The notes beneath the pieces are model-generated. The model was not told the origin of the DNA and ran no database searches. It worked only from the letters and a program-made list of their open reading frames with translations. From Candidatus Rokuibacteriota bacterium (GTDB lineage: Bacteria > Methylomirabilota > Methylomirabilia > Rokubacteriales > CSP1-6): a stretch of 64,000 bases of DNA. Position numbers and translations under genes: made by a program. Numbering within the stretch: the first letter of the stretch is position 1; each line of letters starts with the position of its first letter. Of this stretch, positions 10,216-19,393 are shown piece by piece. The DNA is taken from the NCBI GenBank assembly GCA_003220265.1, contig QHRW01000110.1, positions 30,395 to 94,394 on the forward strand. Direction: 5' to 3'.

Positions 10216-11849
10216 GCGCGGAAGCGGTGCGAGCGCGCCACCTGCGCCTGGTAGGCCTCCAGCTCCGCCTCGGCGCGGCGGGCGCTCCAGCCCGCCAGCG
10301 GGGCCATGCGGCGCGCGATCGCCTCGCTGCAGTCGCGCCCCTGGCAGCGGCTGGTGCCGATGCCCGTGCGGCGCAGCAGGAAATCCTGCAGCGACACGGT
10401 GAGCTCGTCCTGCACGGCGTGATGGAGCTGGGCGACGATGTCGGGATTCGACGGGCACAGCCGCTCGCTGCCGCCCGGCACCTTGCCGGCCAGCTCGACG
10501 ACGTGCCGGTAGTTGCGCCCGTAGAGCACGACCAGCGTCTCCAGCGTCTCGCGCGCGAGCCCGCTGGCGGCGACGTCGTCGGAGACGTCGAGCCACGTAT
10601 GCGCCTCCAGCCGCCCCGTCTCCTCGTCGGCGCCGTCCAGCGTGAGCGCCGCCGTGCGCCCGTGGGCGCGGCGGCCGAGCGCGCGCGTGACGCGGTCGCC
10701 GAGCTGCTCGGCGAGGCTGCGAAAGCACGTGAGCTTGGTGCCGGTGATCGAGAGCAGCCGACCGTCGGCCTCCTCCACGATCTTGTGCGCGCGCGACACG
10801 TCGGAGGCGCGGTTCCCGTCCTCGAAGGACAGCGGCCGCACGCCCGCGTAGGTGTAGAGCACCTCGTCGAAGGCCACGCGCGGGTCGGGCACGGCCTGGC
10901 GCACCTCGCCCAGGAGATAGCGCACCTCGTCGCCCGTGGCGTACACGCGATCGAGATCGCCGTCGAAGTCCGTGTCGGTCGTGCCCACCAGCGAGAAGTC
11001 GCGCCACGGGATCACGAAGATCATCCGGTCGTCGCGCGTCGAGTGATAGATCGCGCGGTCCGTCATGCGCGGCAGCAGGCAGTGGATGCCCTTCGTGCGG
11101 CGCAGGATGTGCTTGCCGCGCTCCTGCACGGAGGCGAGCGCCCGGAAGTCGTCCACCCACGGCCCCGTCGCGTTCACCAGCACGCGCGCGCGCAGCGTGG
11201 CCACGCCGCCCGTGAGGAGATCGCGCACGCTCACGCCGGCGAGCGCGCCGGCGGCGTCGCGCTGCACCGACTCCACCTGCGCGTAGTTGAACGCGCGGGC
11301 GCCGTGACGGCAGGCCGAGAGCACGTTCTCCAGGCACAACCGCTCGGGGTAGAGCAGCAGGTCGTCGAAGTAGTAGCCGGCGCCGCGCAGGTCGTCGGGA
11401 CGGATGGCCGGCTCCAGGCTGAGCGCGTCCACCGCGGGCAGCACGCGGTAACGCTCGCGGTCGCGACCCGGCGTGAGCCAGTCGTAGAGCTTGAGGCCGA
11501 TGCGCACCTTGATGAGGCTGCGCGAGGAGGCGCGGTAGATGGGCACCAGGAACGGCAGCGGCCGCACCAGGTGCGGGGCCAGCCGTCCCAGCCGCTCGCG
11601 CTCGCTCAGCGACTCGCGCACGAGGCCGACGTCGAAGAGCTCGAGATAGCGCAGCCCGCCGTGGATCAGCTTGGAGGAGCGCGCAGTGGTGGCCGAGGCG
11701 AAGTCGCCCTTGTCCACGAGCGCGACCGCCAGCCCCCGCAGCGCGAGGTCACGCACGACCCCGGCGCCCGCCATCCCGCCGCCGACGACGACGACGTCGT
11801 AGTCGCCGTCGGTCAGCGGCCACGGCCGCCCGGCGATCTCAGGCCCCAA
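10212..11849 (-). CDS. glpD: FAD-dependent glycerol-3-phosphate dehydrogenase (aerobic GlpD type)
   Basis: The Rossmann motif DVVVVGGGMAG is present, with strong GlpD blocks (LVNATGPWV, IFVIPW, GTTDTD, YAGVRPL). The exact start is uncertain: the track gives a TTG. Confidence 0.9.
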   Translation of the reverse strand: MGPEIAGRPWPLTDGDYDVVVVGGGMAGAGVVRDLALRGLAVALVDKGDFASATTARSSKLIHGGLRYLELFDVGLVRESLSERERLGRLAPHLVRPLPFLVPIYRASSRSLIKVRIGLKLYDWLTPGRDRERYRVLPAVDALSLEPAIRPDDLRGAGYYFDDLLLYPERLCLENVLSACRHGARAFNYAQVESVQRDAAGALAGVSVRDLLTGGVATLRARVLVNATGPWVDDFRALASVQERGKHILRRTKGIHCLLPRMTDRAIYHSTRDDRMIFVIPWRDFSLVGTTDTDFDGDLDRVYATGDEVRYLLGEVRQAVPDPRVAFDEVLYTYAGVRPLSFEDGNRASDVSRAHKIVEEADGRLLSITGTKLTCFRSLAEQLGDRVTRALGRRAHGRTAALTLDGADEETGRLEAHTWLDVSDDVAASGLARETLETLVVLYGRNYRHVVELAGKVPGGSERLCPSNPDIVAQLHHAVQDELTVSLQDFLLRRTGIGTSRCQGRDCSEAIARRMAPLAGWSARRAEAELEAYQAQVARSHRFRA

Positions 11850-13038
11850 GCGCGTTGAGCATGACGGTGAGCCCCAGACGCAGGCCGACCGGCAGGCCGC
11901 CCTCGTGCATCTCGAACTCGGGGGCGTGGTGCGGATGCGGGCGGTCGTCCCCCGGTGCGATGCCGACGCGGAAGTAGCAGCCGGGCCGCGCCCTGAGGAA
12001 GAGGCTCATGTCGTCGCTGGCCATCACCGGCGGGCTGTCGGCCAGCGCCGCCGCGCCCAGCTCGCCGGCGGCGCACGCGTGGACGAAGGCCGACTCCTTG
12101 TCGGTGTTGATCACCACCGGACAGCCGTCGGCCTGGAAGCTCAGGGCGGCCTCGGTGCGATAGGCGCGGGCCATGTGGGCCGCGTAGTCGCGCAGCCGCT
12201 GCTTGATCTGCGCCCGCACCTTCTCGTCGAAGGTCCGCAGCGAGCCGCGCAGCACGGCGCTGGCCGGGATGATGTTGTGCTTGGTGCCGCCCACGAACTG
12301 GCCGACGGTGAGCACGGCCGGCGCGTGCGCGGAGATCTCGCGCGAGACCAGGTTCTGCATGCCGAGCAGGATGTTCGCGGCCGCCGTGATCGGATCCATC
12401 GAGAGGTGCGGGTAGGCGCCGTGGCCGCCCTGCCCCTTGACCTCGACGTCGAAGAAGTCCGCGGAGGCCATCGACGGCCCCGCCTTGACGTCCACCTTGC
12501 CGACGGCCGTCTGCGTGGTGAGGTGGAGACCGTAGATCTCCTCCACGCGCGGGTTGTCGAGCACGCCGGCCGCGATCATCGGCTCGGCGCCGCCGAAGAC
12601 TTCCTCGGCGGGCTGGAAGATGAAGACCGCGGTGCCCGCCATCTGCGCGCGCCGCGCCGACAGGATCTCGGCCAGCGTGAGCGCGACGGCCGTGTGGCCG
12701 TCGTGGCCGCAGGCGTGCATCACGCCGCGCGTGCCGGAGGTGAAGGGCGCGTCCAGCGCCTCGATCAGCGGCAGCGCGTCGATGTCGGCGCGCCAGGCGA
12801 TCGTGCGCCCCGGCCGGTCGCCGCGCAGGACGCCCACCACGCCGGTGCGCCCCACGCCCGTGCGCACGTCCAGCTTGGCCGCGTGCAAGCGGTCGGCGAT
12901 GATGCCGGCGGTGCGCTGCTCCTCGAACGACAGCTCGGGGTGGCGATGGAAGTCGCGGCGCAGCGTCACCAGGCTCTCGCGACGGCGGTCGATCTCCTGC
13001 GTCCACTCGGGCGTCAGCGTCTTCATGTCATTCACCAT
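11839..13038 (-). CDS. M20-family amidohydrolase (hippurate hydrolase/aminoacylase-like)
   Basis: The metal-binding motifs HACGHDGH and GGHGA are present. Typical M20D architecture. Confidence 0.85.
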   Translation of the reverse strand: MVNDMKTLTPEWTQEIDRRRESLVTLRRDFHRHPELSFEEQRTAGIIADRLHAAKLDVRTGVGRTGVVGVLRGDRPGRTIAWRADIDALPLIEALDAPFTSGTRGVMHACGHDGHTAVALTLAEILSARRAQMAGTAVFIFQPAEEVFGGAEPMIAAGVLDNPRVEEIYGLHLTTQTAVGKVDVKAGPSMASADFFDVEVKGQGGHGAYPHLSMDPITAAANILLGMQNLVSREISAHAPAVLTVGQFVGGTKHNIIPASAVLRGSLRTFDEKVRAQIKQRLRDYAAHMARAYRTEAALSFQADGCPVVINTDKESAFVHACAAGELGAAALADSPPVMASDDMSLFLRARPGCYFRVGIAPGDDRPHPHHAPEFEMHEGGLPVGLRLGLTVMLNALGA

Positions 13039-13703
13039 AGTCTCTGGCCGCCGGGGTTGCCAAGAGCCAATCCCGGACTAGTTCGTGACGAACGGCGGGC
13101 GGCGGCCAGCGAGGCATAGGACACGCCGTAGAGATTGATGGTGGCGTAGCCCAGCGCGGCGCGGACGTCGTCGACGTCGTCCATGGCGATCGGCGTGGTG
13201 TAGAGCCTGAGGTCGGCGATCTTCTCCAGCGTCTCCCGGCACGCGCGGATGCGATCGGGCGGCAGCAGGTCGCCGAAGGTTGCCTGGGCGCCCGAGCCCG
13301 TGGTGAGCCGGCACGACAGCCGATGCGAGCCGCCCGTGCCGCGCTGGTCGATGAACACGACGTCACGCCGGGCCCGCATGCCCTCGAAGAACCCGGCGTC
13401 GGCGTCACGCATAGCGCTCGCGGCGCCGAGGCCGGGGCCACCGGCGAGAACGAAGATGGGATCGCGCGCCCGCTCCTCGCCGAGCGCCGGCAGCACGAGA
13501 ACCTTGATGGGGATGACGCGGCCCGAGCGGGCGGCGCGATCCTCGAAGACCTCGAGCGCGCCGCAGCGGGCCTCGACGCTGGACTTCGGAATCTCGCACG
13601 GCGAGAGCGCGAGCCGGGGCGCCATGGCGACCGCGCGCGGCGGCGGCGTGCAGGCGACGGTCGAGGCCACGACGAGCAGGCCCAGCCAGGCGGCGCGCGT
13701 CAC
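13032..13703 (-). pseudogene. truncated S33-type alpha/beta-hydrolase (prolyl aminopeptidase/TAP-like) N-terminal fragment
   Basis: Lipoprotein-like signal (LLVVASTVAC). The GGPG..S and DQRGTGGS motifs are present. The nucleophile motif is degenerate (GVSYA rather than GxSxG). The ORF stops about 20 aa later, inside the start of the M20 gene, so the whole C-terminal half, including the Asp and His of the catalytic triad, is absent. Confidence 0.5.
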
Positions 13704-14485
13704 GACACCAGCGCCCGGATCGAGTCCACCACGAGGTCGGGGCGGAGCTCGGCGATGCGCGGATCGTCCGCGCGCGTGATCCCGCTCAGCACCAGCACCG
13801 TGGCCAGCCCCAGCCGCTTGCCCATGACGATGTCCGTCTCGATGCGATCGCCCACCATCACGCAGTCGCGGGCCTCGACGCCCAGCGTCTGCAGGGCGAC
13901 CTCCAGGATGATCGGCGAGGGCTTGCCGACCACGACCTCGACGGTCTTGCCGGTCACCGCCTCCACCGCCGCCATCATACCGGCGCAGTCCGGGATCTCG
14001 CCTTCCGCCGTCGGGCACGTGCGGTCGGGATTGGTGGCAATCAGCCGGGCGTCGTGGCGCCGCACCGCCTGCAGCGCCGTGTTGAGCTTGGCGTAGTCGA
14101 ACGTGCGGTCGAACGCGATGACCACCCAGCGCACGTCGGCGTCGGCGCGTACCTCGAAGCCGTGCGCGCGCAGCTCGCCGATCAGCGGCGGCTCGCCGAT
14201 GACGAACACCGGCGCGCCGGCATCAAGCCGCCGCAGGTGCCGGGCGAGCACGATCGAGGAGTTCACGACCTCGTCGGGCCGCGTGGGCACGCCGAGCCGC
14301 GTGAGCTTGTCGGCGTAGTCCTCGCGCGTGTAGAGCGGCTTGTTGGACAGGAACGCCACGCGGCGGCCGGCGGCGCGCAGGGCGGCGATCGTGTCCGCGG
14401 CGCCGGGAATGAGCGCCTCCCCGAGATAGACGGTGCCGTCGAGATCGAAGAGCCAGCCGCGCTGCGGGAGCCTGATGGCGCTCAC
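13700..14485 (-). CDS. HAD-IIA family phosphatase (NagD-like)
   Basis: HAD motif I FDLDGTV, a motif II Ser/Thr, and the GD motif VMVGDRIETD are present. Confidence 0.8.
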   Translation of the reverse strand: MSAIRLPQRGWLFDLDGTVYLGEALIPGAADTIAALRAAGRRVAFLSNKPLYTREDYADKLTRLGVPTRPDEVVNSSIVLARHLRRLDAGAPVFVIGEPPLIGELRAHGFEVRADADVRWVVIAFDRTFDYAKLNTALQAVRRHDARLIATNPDRTCPTAEGEIPDCAGMMAAVEAVTGKTVEVVVGKPSPIILEVALQTLGVEARDCVMVGDRIETDIVMGKRLGLATVLVLSGITRADDPRIAELRPDLVVDSIRALVS

Positions 14486-14507
14486 GCCGCGGCCGCCTCG
14501 GCGCCCC

Positions 14508-15965
14508 TCAGCGCAGGAGCGGGGCGACGGCGACCTGGGCGAGGTCGGCGAAGGGCGCGGGCATGAGGCCCAGGATCACGATGCCGGCGACCGCCAGCGT
14601 CAGCGCGAGGCCACCGGCCAGCGAGGGGGCGACGGCCACGGGCTCGCCGTCGGGCTCGCGCATGTACATGTAGACGATGACGCGCAGGTAGTAGTACGCG
14701 GCCACCGCGGAGTTGAGCACGGCGATCACCGTCAGCCAGATGTAGCCGGCGCGCACGGCGGCGCCGAAGAGGTAGAACTTGGCGACGAAGCCGGCCAGCG
14801 GCGGGATGCCGATCAGCGAGAGGAAGAACAGCGCCAGCGTCGCCGCCAGCACGGGATGCCGCCGCGCCAGACCCGCGTAGTCGCTGACCTCGACGGCTTC
14901 CTCGCCTGCTCGCGCGCACAGCGCGATGGCGCCGAAGGCGCCCACCGTCGTGAACGTGTAGGCGAGCAGATAGAAGAGGACGGCGCCGGGGCCCGGCCCG
15001 CCGCCCGCCACCAACCCCATCAGCATGTAGCCGACGTGGGCGATCGACGAGTACGCGAGCAAGCGCTTGAGGTTCGACTGGGCCAGCGCGACGACGTTGC
15101 CGACCGTCATGGTAAGGGCGGCCAGCGCCCACAGGAGCGCGCTCCAGTCGGGCTGGGCTCCGCGCAGGGCCACCACCAGCACGCGGATCATGGCGGCGAA
15201 GGCGGCGGCCTTGGAGCCGGTGGCGATGAACGCGGTCACCGAGGTGGGCGCGCCCTCGTAGACGTCGGGCGCCCACATGTGGAACGGCACCGAGGAGATC
15301 TTGAAGCCGAAGCCGACCAGCATCATGGCGAGGCCGATCAGCACCATCGGCTCGGCGTTGCGGGTGGCCGCGGCGGCGGCGATCCGGTCGAGGTTGGTGG
15401 AGCCGGTGGCGCCGTAGATCAGCGCGATGCCATAGAGCAGGAACGACGAGGCGAAGGCACCCAGCAGGAAGTACTTCATCGACGCCTCGCCCGAGGTGAG
15501 CCGCTGCTTGAAGAAGCCGGCCAGCACGTAGAGCGACAGCGACATGAGCTCGAGCGCGAGGAACACGACGATGAGGTCGCCGGCCGAGGCCATCAGCATC
15601 ATGCCGGCCGTGGAGAAGAGCAGCAGGCTGTAGTACTCGCCGGACTCGCTGCCGGTGCGCCCGAGGTAGTCCATCGAGAACATCACGATGAGCGCCGCCG
15701 CGTAGCAGATCACCAGGTCGAAGTAGAGCGCGTAGGTGTCGAGCAGGACCATGTCACGGAACGCGCGGGCGTCGGTCCCCCAGCGCATCACGATCGCCAG
15801 CAGGGCGCCGATGATGCCGGCCAACGCCACGCCGCCCAGGTGGGCCTTGCTGTCCCGCGGCGGCAGCACGTCGAGCACGAGCACGACGGCAGCGGCCGCC
15901 AGCACGACGAGCACGGGCAGCAGCACGCCGAGGGCGACGGCCGGCGGCGGCACCACGGGGCTCAT
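14508..15965 (-). CDS. nuoN: NADH-quinone oxidoreductase subunit N
   Basis: About 14 predicted TM helices. NuoN/ND2 family similarity. The ATG overlaps the nuoM stop (TGATG). Confidence 0.9.
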   Translation of the reverse strand: MSPVVPPPAVALGVLLPVLVVLAAAAVVLVLDVLPPRDSKAHLGGVALAGIIGALLAIVMRWGTDARAFRDMVLLDTYALYFDLVICYAAALIVMFSMDYLGRTGSESGEYYSLLLFSTAGMMLMASAGDLIVVFLALELMSLSLYVLAGFFKQRLTSGEASMKYFLLGAFASSFLLYGIALIYGATGSTNLDRIAAAAATRNAEPMVLIGLAMMLVGFGFKISSVPFHMWAPDVYEGAPTSVTAFIATGSKAAAFAAMIRVLVVALRGAQPDWSALLWALAALTMTVGNVVALAQSNLKRLLAYSSIAHVGYMLMGLVAGGGPGPGAVLFYLLAYTFTTVGAFGAIALCARAGEEAVEVSDYAGLARRHPVLAATLALFFLSLIGIPPLAGFVAKFYLFGAAVRAGYIWLTVIAVLNSAVAAYYYLRVIVYMYMREPDGEPVAVAPSLAGGLALTLAVAGIVILGLMPAPFADLAQVAVAPLLR

Positions 15966-17473
15966 CACCTGACCAGGGCCACGGCGGCCTTGCTCTCCAC
16001 CTGGGCGAGGAGCGCGGCGATCGTGGCTTCGGTCTTGCCCGTGAACACGCTCGGGTACACGCCGATCCACACGATGAAGACGAGCACGGGCACCAGCACC
16101 GCCCACTCGCGCGGGGTGAGATCGCTGAGGCGGCGGTTCTCCTCGTGCGCGATCTCGCCGAAGGCGACGCGCTGGTACATCCAGAGGAGATAGACGGCGG
16201 CGAAGATGATGCCGGTGGTGGCGACGGCCGCCAGCACGCCGCTCACCTGGAAGGCGCCCACCAGCACCAGGAACTCGCCGACGAACCCGTTGAGCCCGGG
16301 CAGGCCCACCGAGGACAGGGTCACCACCAGGAACATCGCGGAGAAGGCCGGGACCACCTTCCACAGGCCACCGAAATCGGCGATGAGCCGCGTGTGGCGG
16401 CGCTCGTAGATCATGCCGACCATGAGGAACAGCGCGCCCGTGGACAGCCCGTGGTTGATCATCTGGATCACCCCGCCCACCACGCCCTGCTGGTTCAGCG
16501 TGAAGAGGCCGAGCATGACGAAGCCCAGGTGGCTCACGCTCGAGTAGGCCACCAGCTTCTTGAGGTCGGGCTGCACCGTCGAGACGAAGGCGCCGTAGAC
16601 GATGCCGATCACGGCCAGCGCGAAGACGAGCGGCGCGAACGCCACGCTGGCGTCGGGGAACAGCGGCAGGCAGAAGCGCAGGAAGCCGTACGTCCCCATC
16701 TTCAGCAGCACGCCGGCCAGGATCACCGAGCCCGCGGTGGGCGCCTCCACGTGCGCGTCGGGCAGCCAGGTGTGGAACGGAAACAGCGGCACCTTGATGG
16801 CGAAGGCCAGCGCGAAGGCCAGGAACATCAGGCTCTGGCCCGCGCCGGGCGGCATCACCCAGCGCACCAGGGTGGTGAGGTCGAACGTGTAGATGCCGGT
16901 GGCCGCGCCGTGCTGATAGTAGAGGGCGAGGATGGCCACCAGCATCAGGGCCGAGCCCACCATCGTGTACAGCACGAACTTGACCGCGGCGTAGATGCGG
17001 TTGCCCCCGCCCCACACGCCGATGACCAGGTACATCGGGATCAGCATCGCCTCCCAGAAGACGAAGAAGAGGAAGAGGTCGAGGCTCACGAAGACCCCGA
17101 GCATCCCCGTCTCCAGCAGCAGCATCGTGATGACGAACTCCTTCGTGCGGTCCTCGATGGCGTGCCACGCGGAGGCGAGCGCGAGCGGCGTGAGGAAGGT
17201 CGTCAGCAGGACCAGCAGGAGGCTGATGCCGTCGATGCCCACGTGATAGCCGGCGCCCAGCGAGGGCAGCCAGCGGTGCAGCTCCTCGAACTGCATGTCG
17301 GCGCTGTCGCCGTCGAAGCGGAACCACAGCGGCAGCGAGACGGCCAGCGTGAGCAGCGTGACACCCAGGCCGGCCGCGCGGTGGGCCTCGACCAGGCGGC
17401 GCGGCACCGCTGTCAGCGCGAGCGCGCCGAGCGCCGGCAGGAACGTGACTGCGGTGAGGAGCCCGATGCTCAT
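15965..17473 (-). CDS. nuoM: NADH-quinone oxidoreductase subunit M
   Basis: NuoM/ND4 family similarity (WLPDAHVEAPTAGSVILAG). The ATG overlaps the nuoL stop (ATGA). Confidence 0.9.
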   Translation of the reverse strand: MSIGLLTAVTFLPALGALALTAVPRRLVEAHRAAGLGVTLLTLAVSLPLWFRFDGDSADMQFEELHRWLPSLGAGYHVGIDGISLLLVLLTTFLTPLALASAWHAIEDRTKEFVITMLLLETGMLGVFVSLDLFLFFVFWEAMLIPMYLVIGVWGGGNRIYAAVKFVLYTMVGSALMLVAILALYYQHGAATGIYTFDLTTLVRWVMPPGAGQSLMFLAFALAFAIKVPLFPFHTWLPDAHVEAPTAGSVILAGVLLKMGTYGFLRFCLPLFPDASVAFAPLVFALAVIGIVYGAFVSTVQPDLKKLVAYSSVSHLGFVMLGLFTLNQQGVVGGVIQMINHGLSTGALFLMVGMIYERRHTRLIADFGGLWKVVPAFSAMFLVVTLSSVGLPGLNGFVGEFLVLVGAFQVSGVLAAVATTGIIFAAVYLLWMYQRVAFGEIAHEENRRLSDLTPREWAVLVPVLVFIVWIGVYPSVFTGKTEATIAALLAQVESKAAVALVR

Positions 17474-19326
17474 CGGGCCAGGAAGAACGCGACCACGACC
17501 ACGGCCCCCGCCAGCATCGTCAGCGCGTAGTTGACGACGTAGCCGGTCTGCAGCCGGCGCAGGCCCGCCCCCCACGCGCTCACGGCCCGCCCCAGCCCGT
17601 TGACGATGCCGTCGATCACGCCGACGTCGAACACCTGGGCCAGCGCCACCGACAGCACGTAGATCGGCTGCACGATGAGGCGGTCGTAGATCCAGTCGAC
17701 GTACCAGGCGTTGAGCAGGAGGGCGTGCACCCAGGTGCGCGGCTGCCCGATCGCCTCGGGCTTCACCGCGCTCTGCCGGTACATGTAGAAGGCCAGCAGA
17801 CCGCCGGCGCCGAAGACGACGAGCGAGAGCAGCACCACCACGCTCGCGTGCTCGCCCTCGTGCGGATGGAACACGGAGGCCAGCAGGTGCGCGAAGCGGC
17901 TGCCGTCCAGCGGCAACCCGAGCGCGAAGCCCGCCACCACCGTCAGCACCGAGAGCATCAGCAACGGCCCCGTCATCACCCACGGCGACTCGTGCGCCTG
18001 CTGCAGGACGTCCCGGGGCATGCGCGGCGCCCCGCTGAAGGCCAGGAACAGCAGGCGGAAGGTGTAAAAGGCCGTCATGAAGGCGCCGGCCAGCAACAGC
18101 GTGAAGATCCCCAGGTGCTCGGTGCCGAGCGCCGCGCCCAGGATCTCGTCCTTGGAGAAGAAGCCCGCCAGCAGCGGCGCGCCGGCCAGCCCGAGGCCGC
18201 CGATCCACATCGTCGTGGCCGTGATCGGCATCTTGGAGGCGAGGCCGCCCATCTTGCGCAAGTCCTGCTCGCCGTGCAGGCCGTGGATGACGCTGCCGGC
18301 GCCGAGGAAGAGCAGCGCCTTGAAGAAGGCGTGCGTCACCAGGTGGAAGATGCCCGCCACGTAGGCGCCCACGCCGACGGCGGCGAACATGTAGCCGAGC
18401 TGGCTGATGGTGGAGTAGGCCAGCACGCGCTTGATGTCGGTCTGCACGAGGCCGATGGTGGCCGCGAACACCGCGGTGGCGGTGCCGACCCAGGCCACCA
18501 CCTCCAGCGCCGAGCCGGAGCGCTCGAACAGCGCGTGGCTGCGCGCGACCATGTAGACGCCCGCCGTCACCATGGTGGCGGCGTGAATCAGCGCGGAGAC
18601 CGGCGTGGGGCCTTCCATCGCGTCGGGCAGCCAGGTGTGGAGAGGGAGCTGCGCCGACTTGCCGCAGGCGCCCATGAACAGCAGCAGCGCGATCCCCGTG
18701 GCCGTGGCCGGCGACAGCGTCGCCGCGCCCTTGAACACGGCGGCGTAGTCGAGCGTGCCGAGCTCCGTCCACAGCCACATGACGCCCAGCCCGAAACCGA
18801 AGTCGCCCACGCGGTTGACGATGAACGCCTTCTTGCCCGCGTTGGCCGCCGAGTCACGCGTGTACCAGAACCCGATCAAGAGGTAGGAGCAGAGGCCGAC
18901 GGCTTCCCAGAACACGTAGAGGAGGAGGAAGTTGCCGGCCAGCACCAGCATCGTCATCGAGAACACGAAGAGATTGAGGTACGCGAAGAAGCGCGCGTAG
19001 CCCGGGTCGCCGTGCATGTAGCCGACGGAGTAGAGGTGGATGAGGAACCCGACGCCGGTGACGACCAGCAGCATGACCGCGCTGAGGTTGTCCACGTAGG
19101 CGGTGATGCCGGTCTCGAAGTCGCCGGCCACGATCCACGCGCCCAGCGTCGTGGTGAACGGCGCGCCCGACCACACGCGCGCGGCCACGGCGCACGCGAA
19201 CAGGAACGAGGCGCCCAGCGCCGGCACGGCGATCCAGTGAGCCCGATGGCCGGTCGAGCGGCCGAAGAAGATGTTGGTGAGGGCGCCGGCGAGGGGGAAG
19301 GCTGGAATCAGCCAGACGGTGGACAC
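17470..19326 (-). CDS. nuoL: NADH-quinone oxidoreductase subunit L
   Basis: NuoL/ND5 family similarity (WLPDAMEGPTPVSALIHAATMVTAG). 618 aa with a long C-terminal extension. GTG start. Confidence 0.9.
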   Translation of the reverse strand: MSTVWLIPAFPLAGALTNIFFGRSTGHRAHWIAVPALGASFLFACAVAARVWSGAPFTTTLGAWIVAGDFETGITAYVDNLSAVMLLVVTGVGFLIHLYSVGYMHGDPGYARFFAYLNLFVFSMTMLVLAGNFLLLYVFWEAVGLCSYLLIGFWYTRDSAANAGKKAFIVNRVGDFGFGLGVMWLWTELGTLDYAAVFKGAATLSPATATGIALLLFMGACGKSAQLPLHTWLPDAMEGPTPVSALIHAATMVTAGVYMVARSHALFERSGSALEVVAWVGTATAVFAATIGLVQTDIKRVLAYSTISQLGYMFAAVGVGAYVAGIFHLVTHAFFKALLFLGAGSVIHGLHGEQDLRKMGGLASKMPITATTMWIGGLGLAGAPLLAGFFSKDEILGAALGTEHLGIFTLLLAGAFMTAFYTFRLLFLAFSGAPRMPRDVLQQAHESPWVMTGPLLMLSVLTVVAGFALGLPLDGSRFAHLLASVFHPHEGEHASVVVLLSLVVFGAGGLLAFYMYRQSAVKPEAIGQPRTWVHALLLNAWYVDWIYDRLIVQPIYVLSVALAQVFDVGVIDGIVNGLGRAVSAWGAGLRRLQTGYVVNYALTMLAGAVVVVAFFLAR

Positions 19327-19393
19327 CGCGTCAATCTAGTCGCCGGTCCAGGGGGTGTCAAGCAACGCTCTCGGCTTCGCGCATGCGTCTGCT

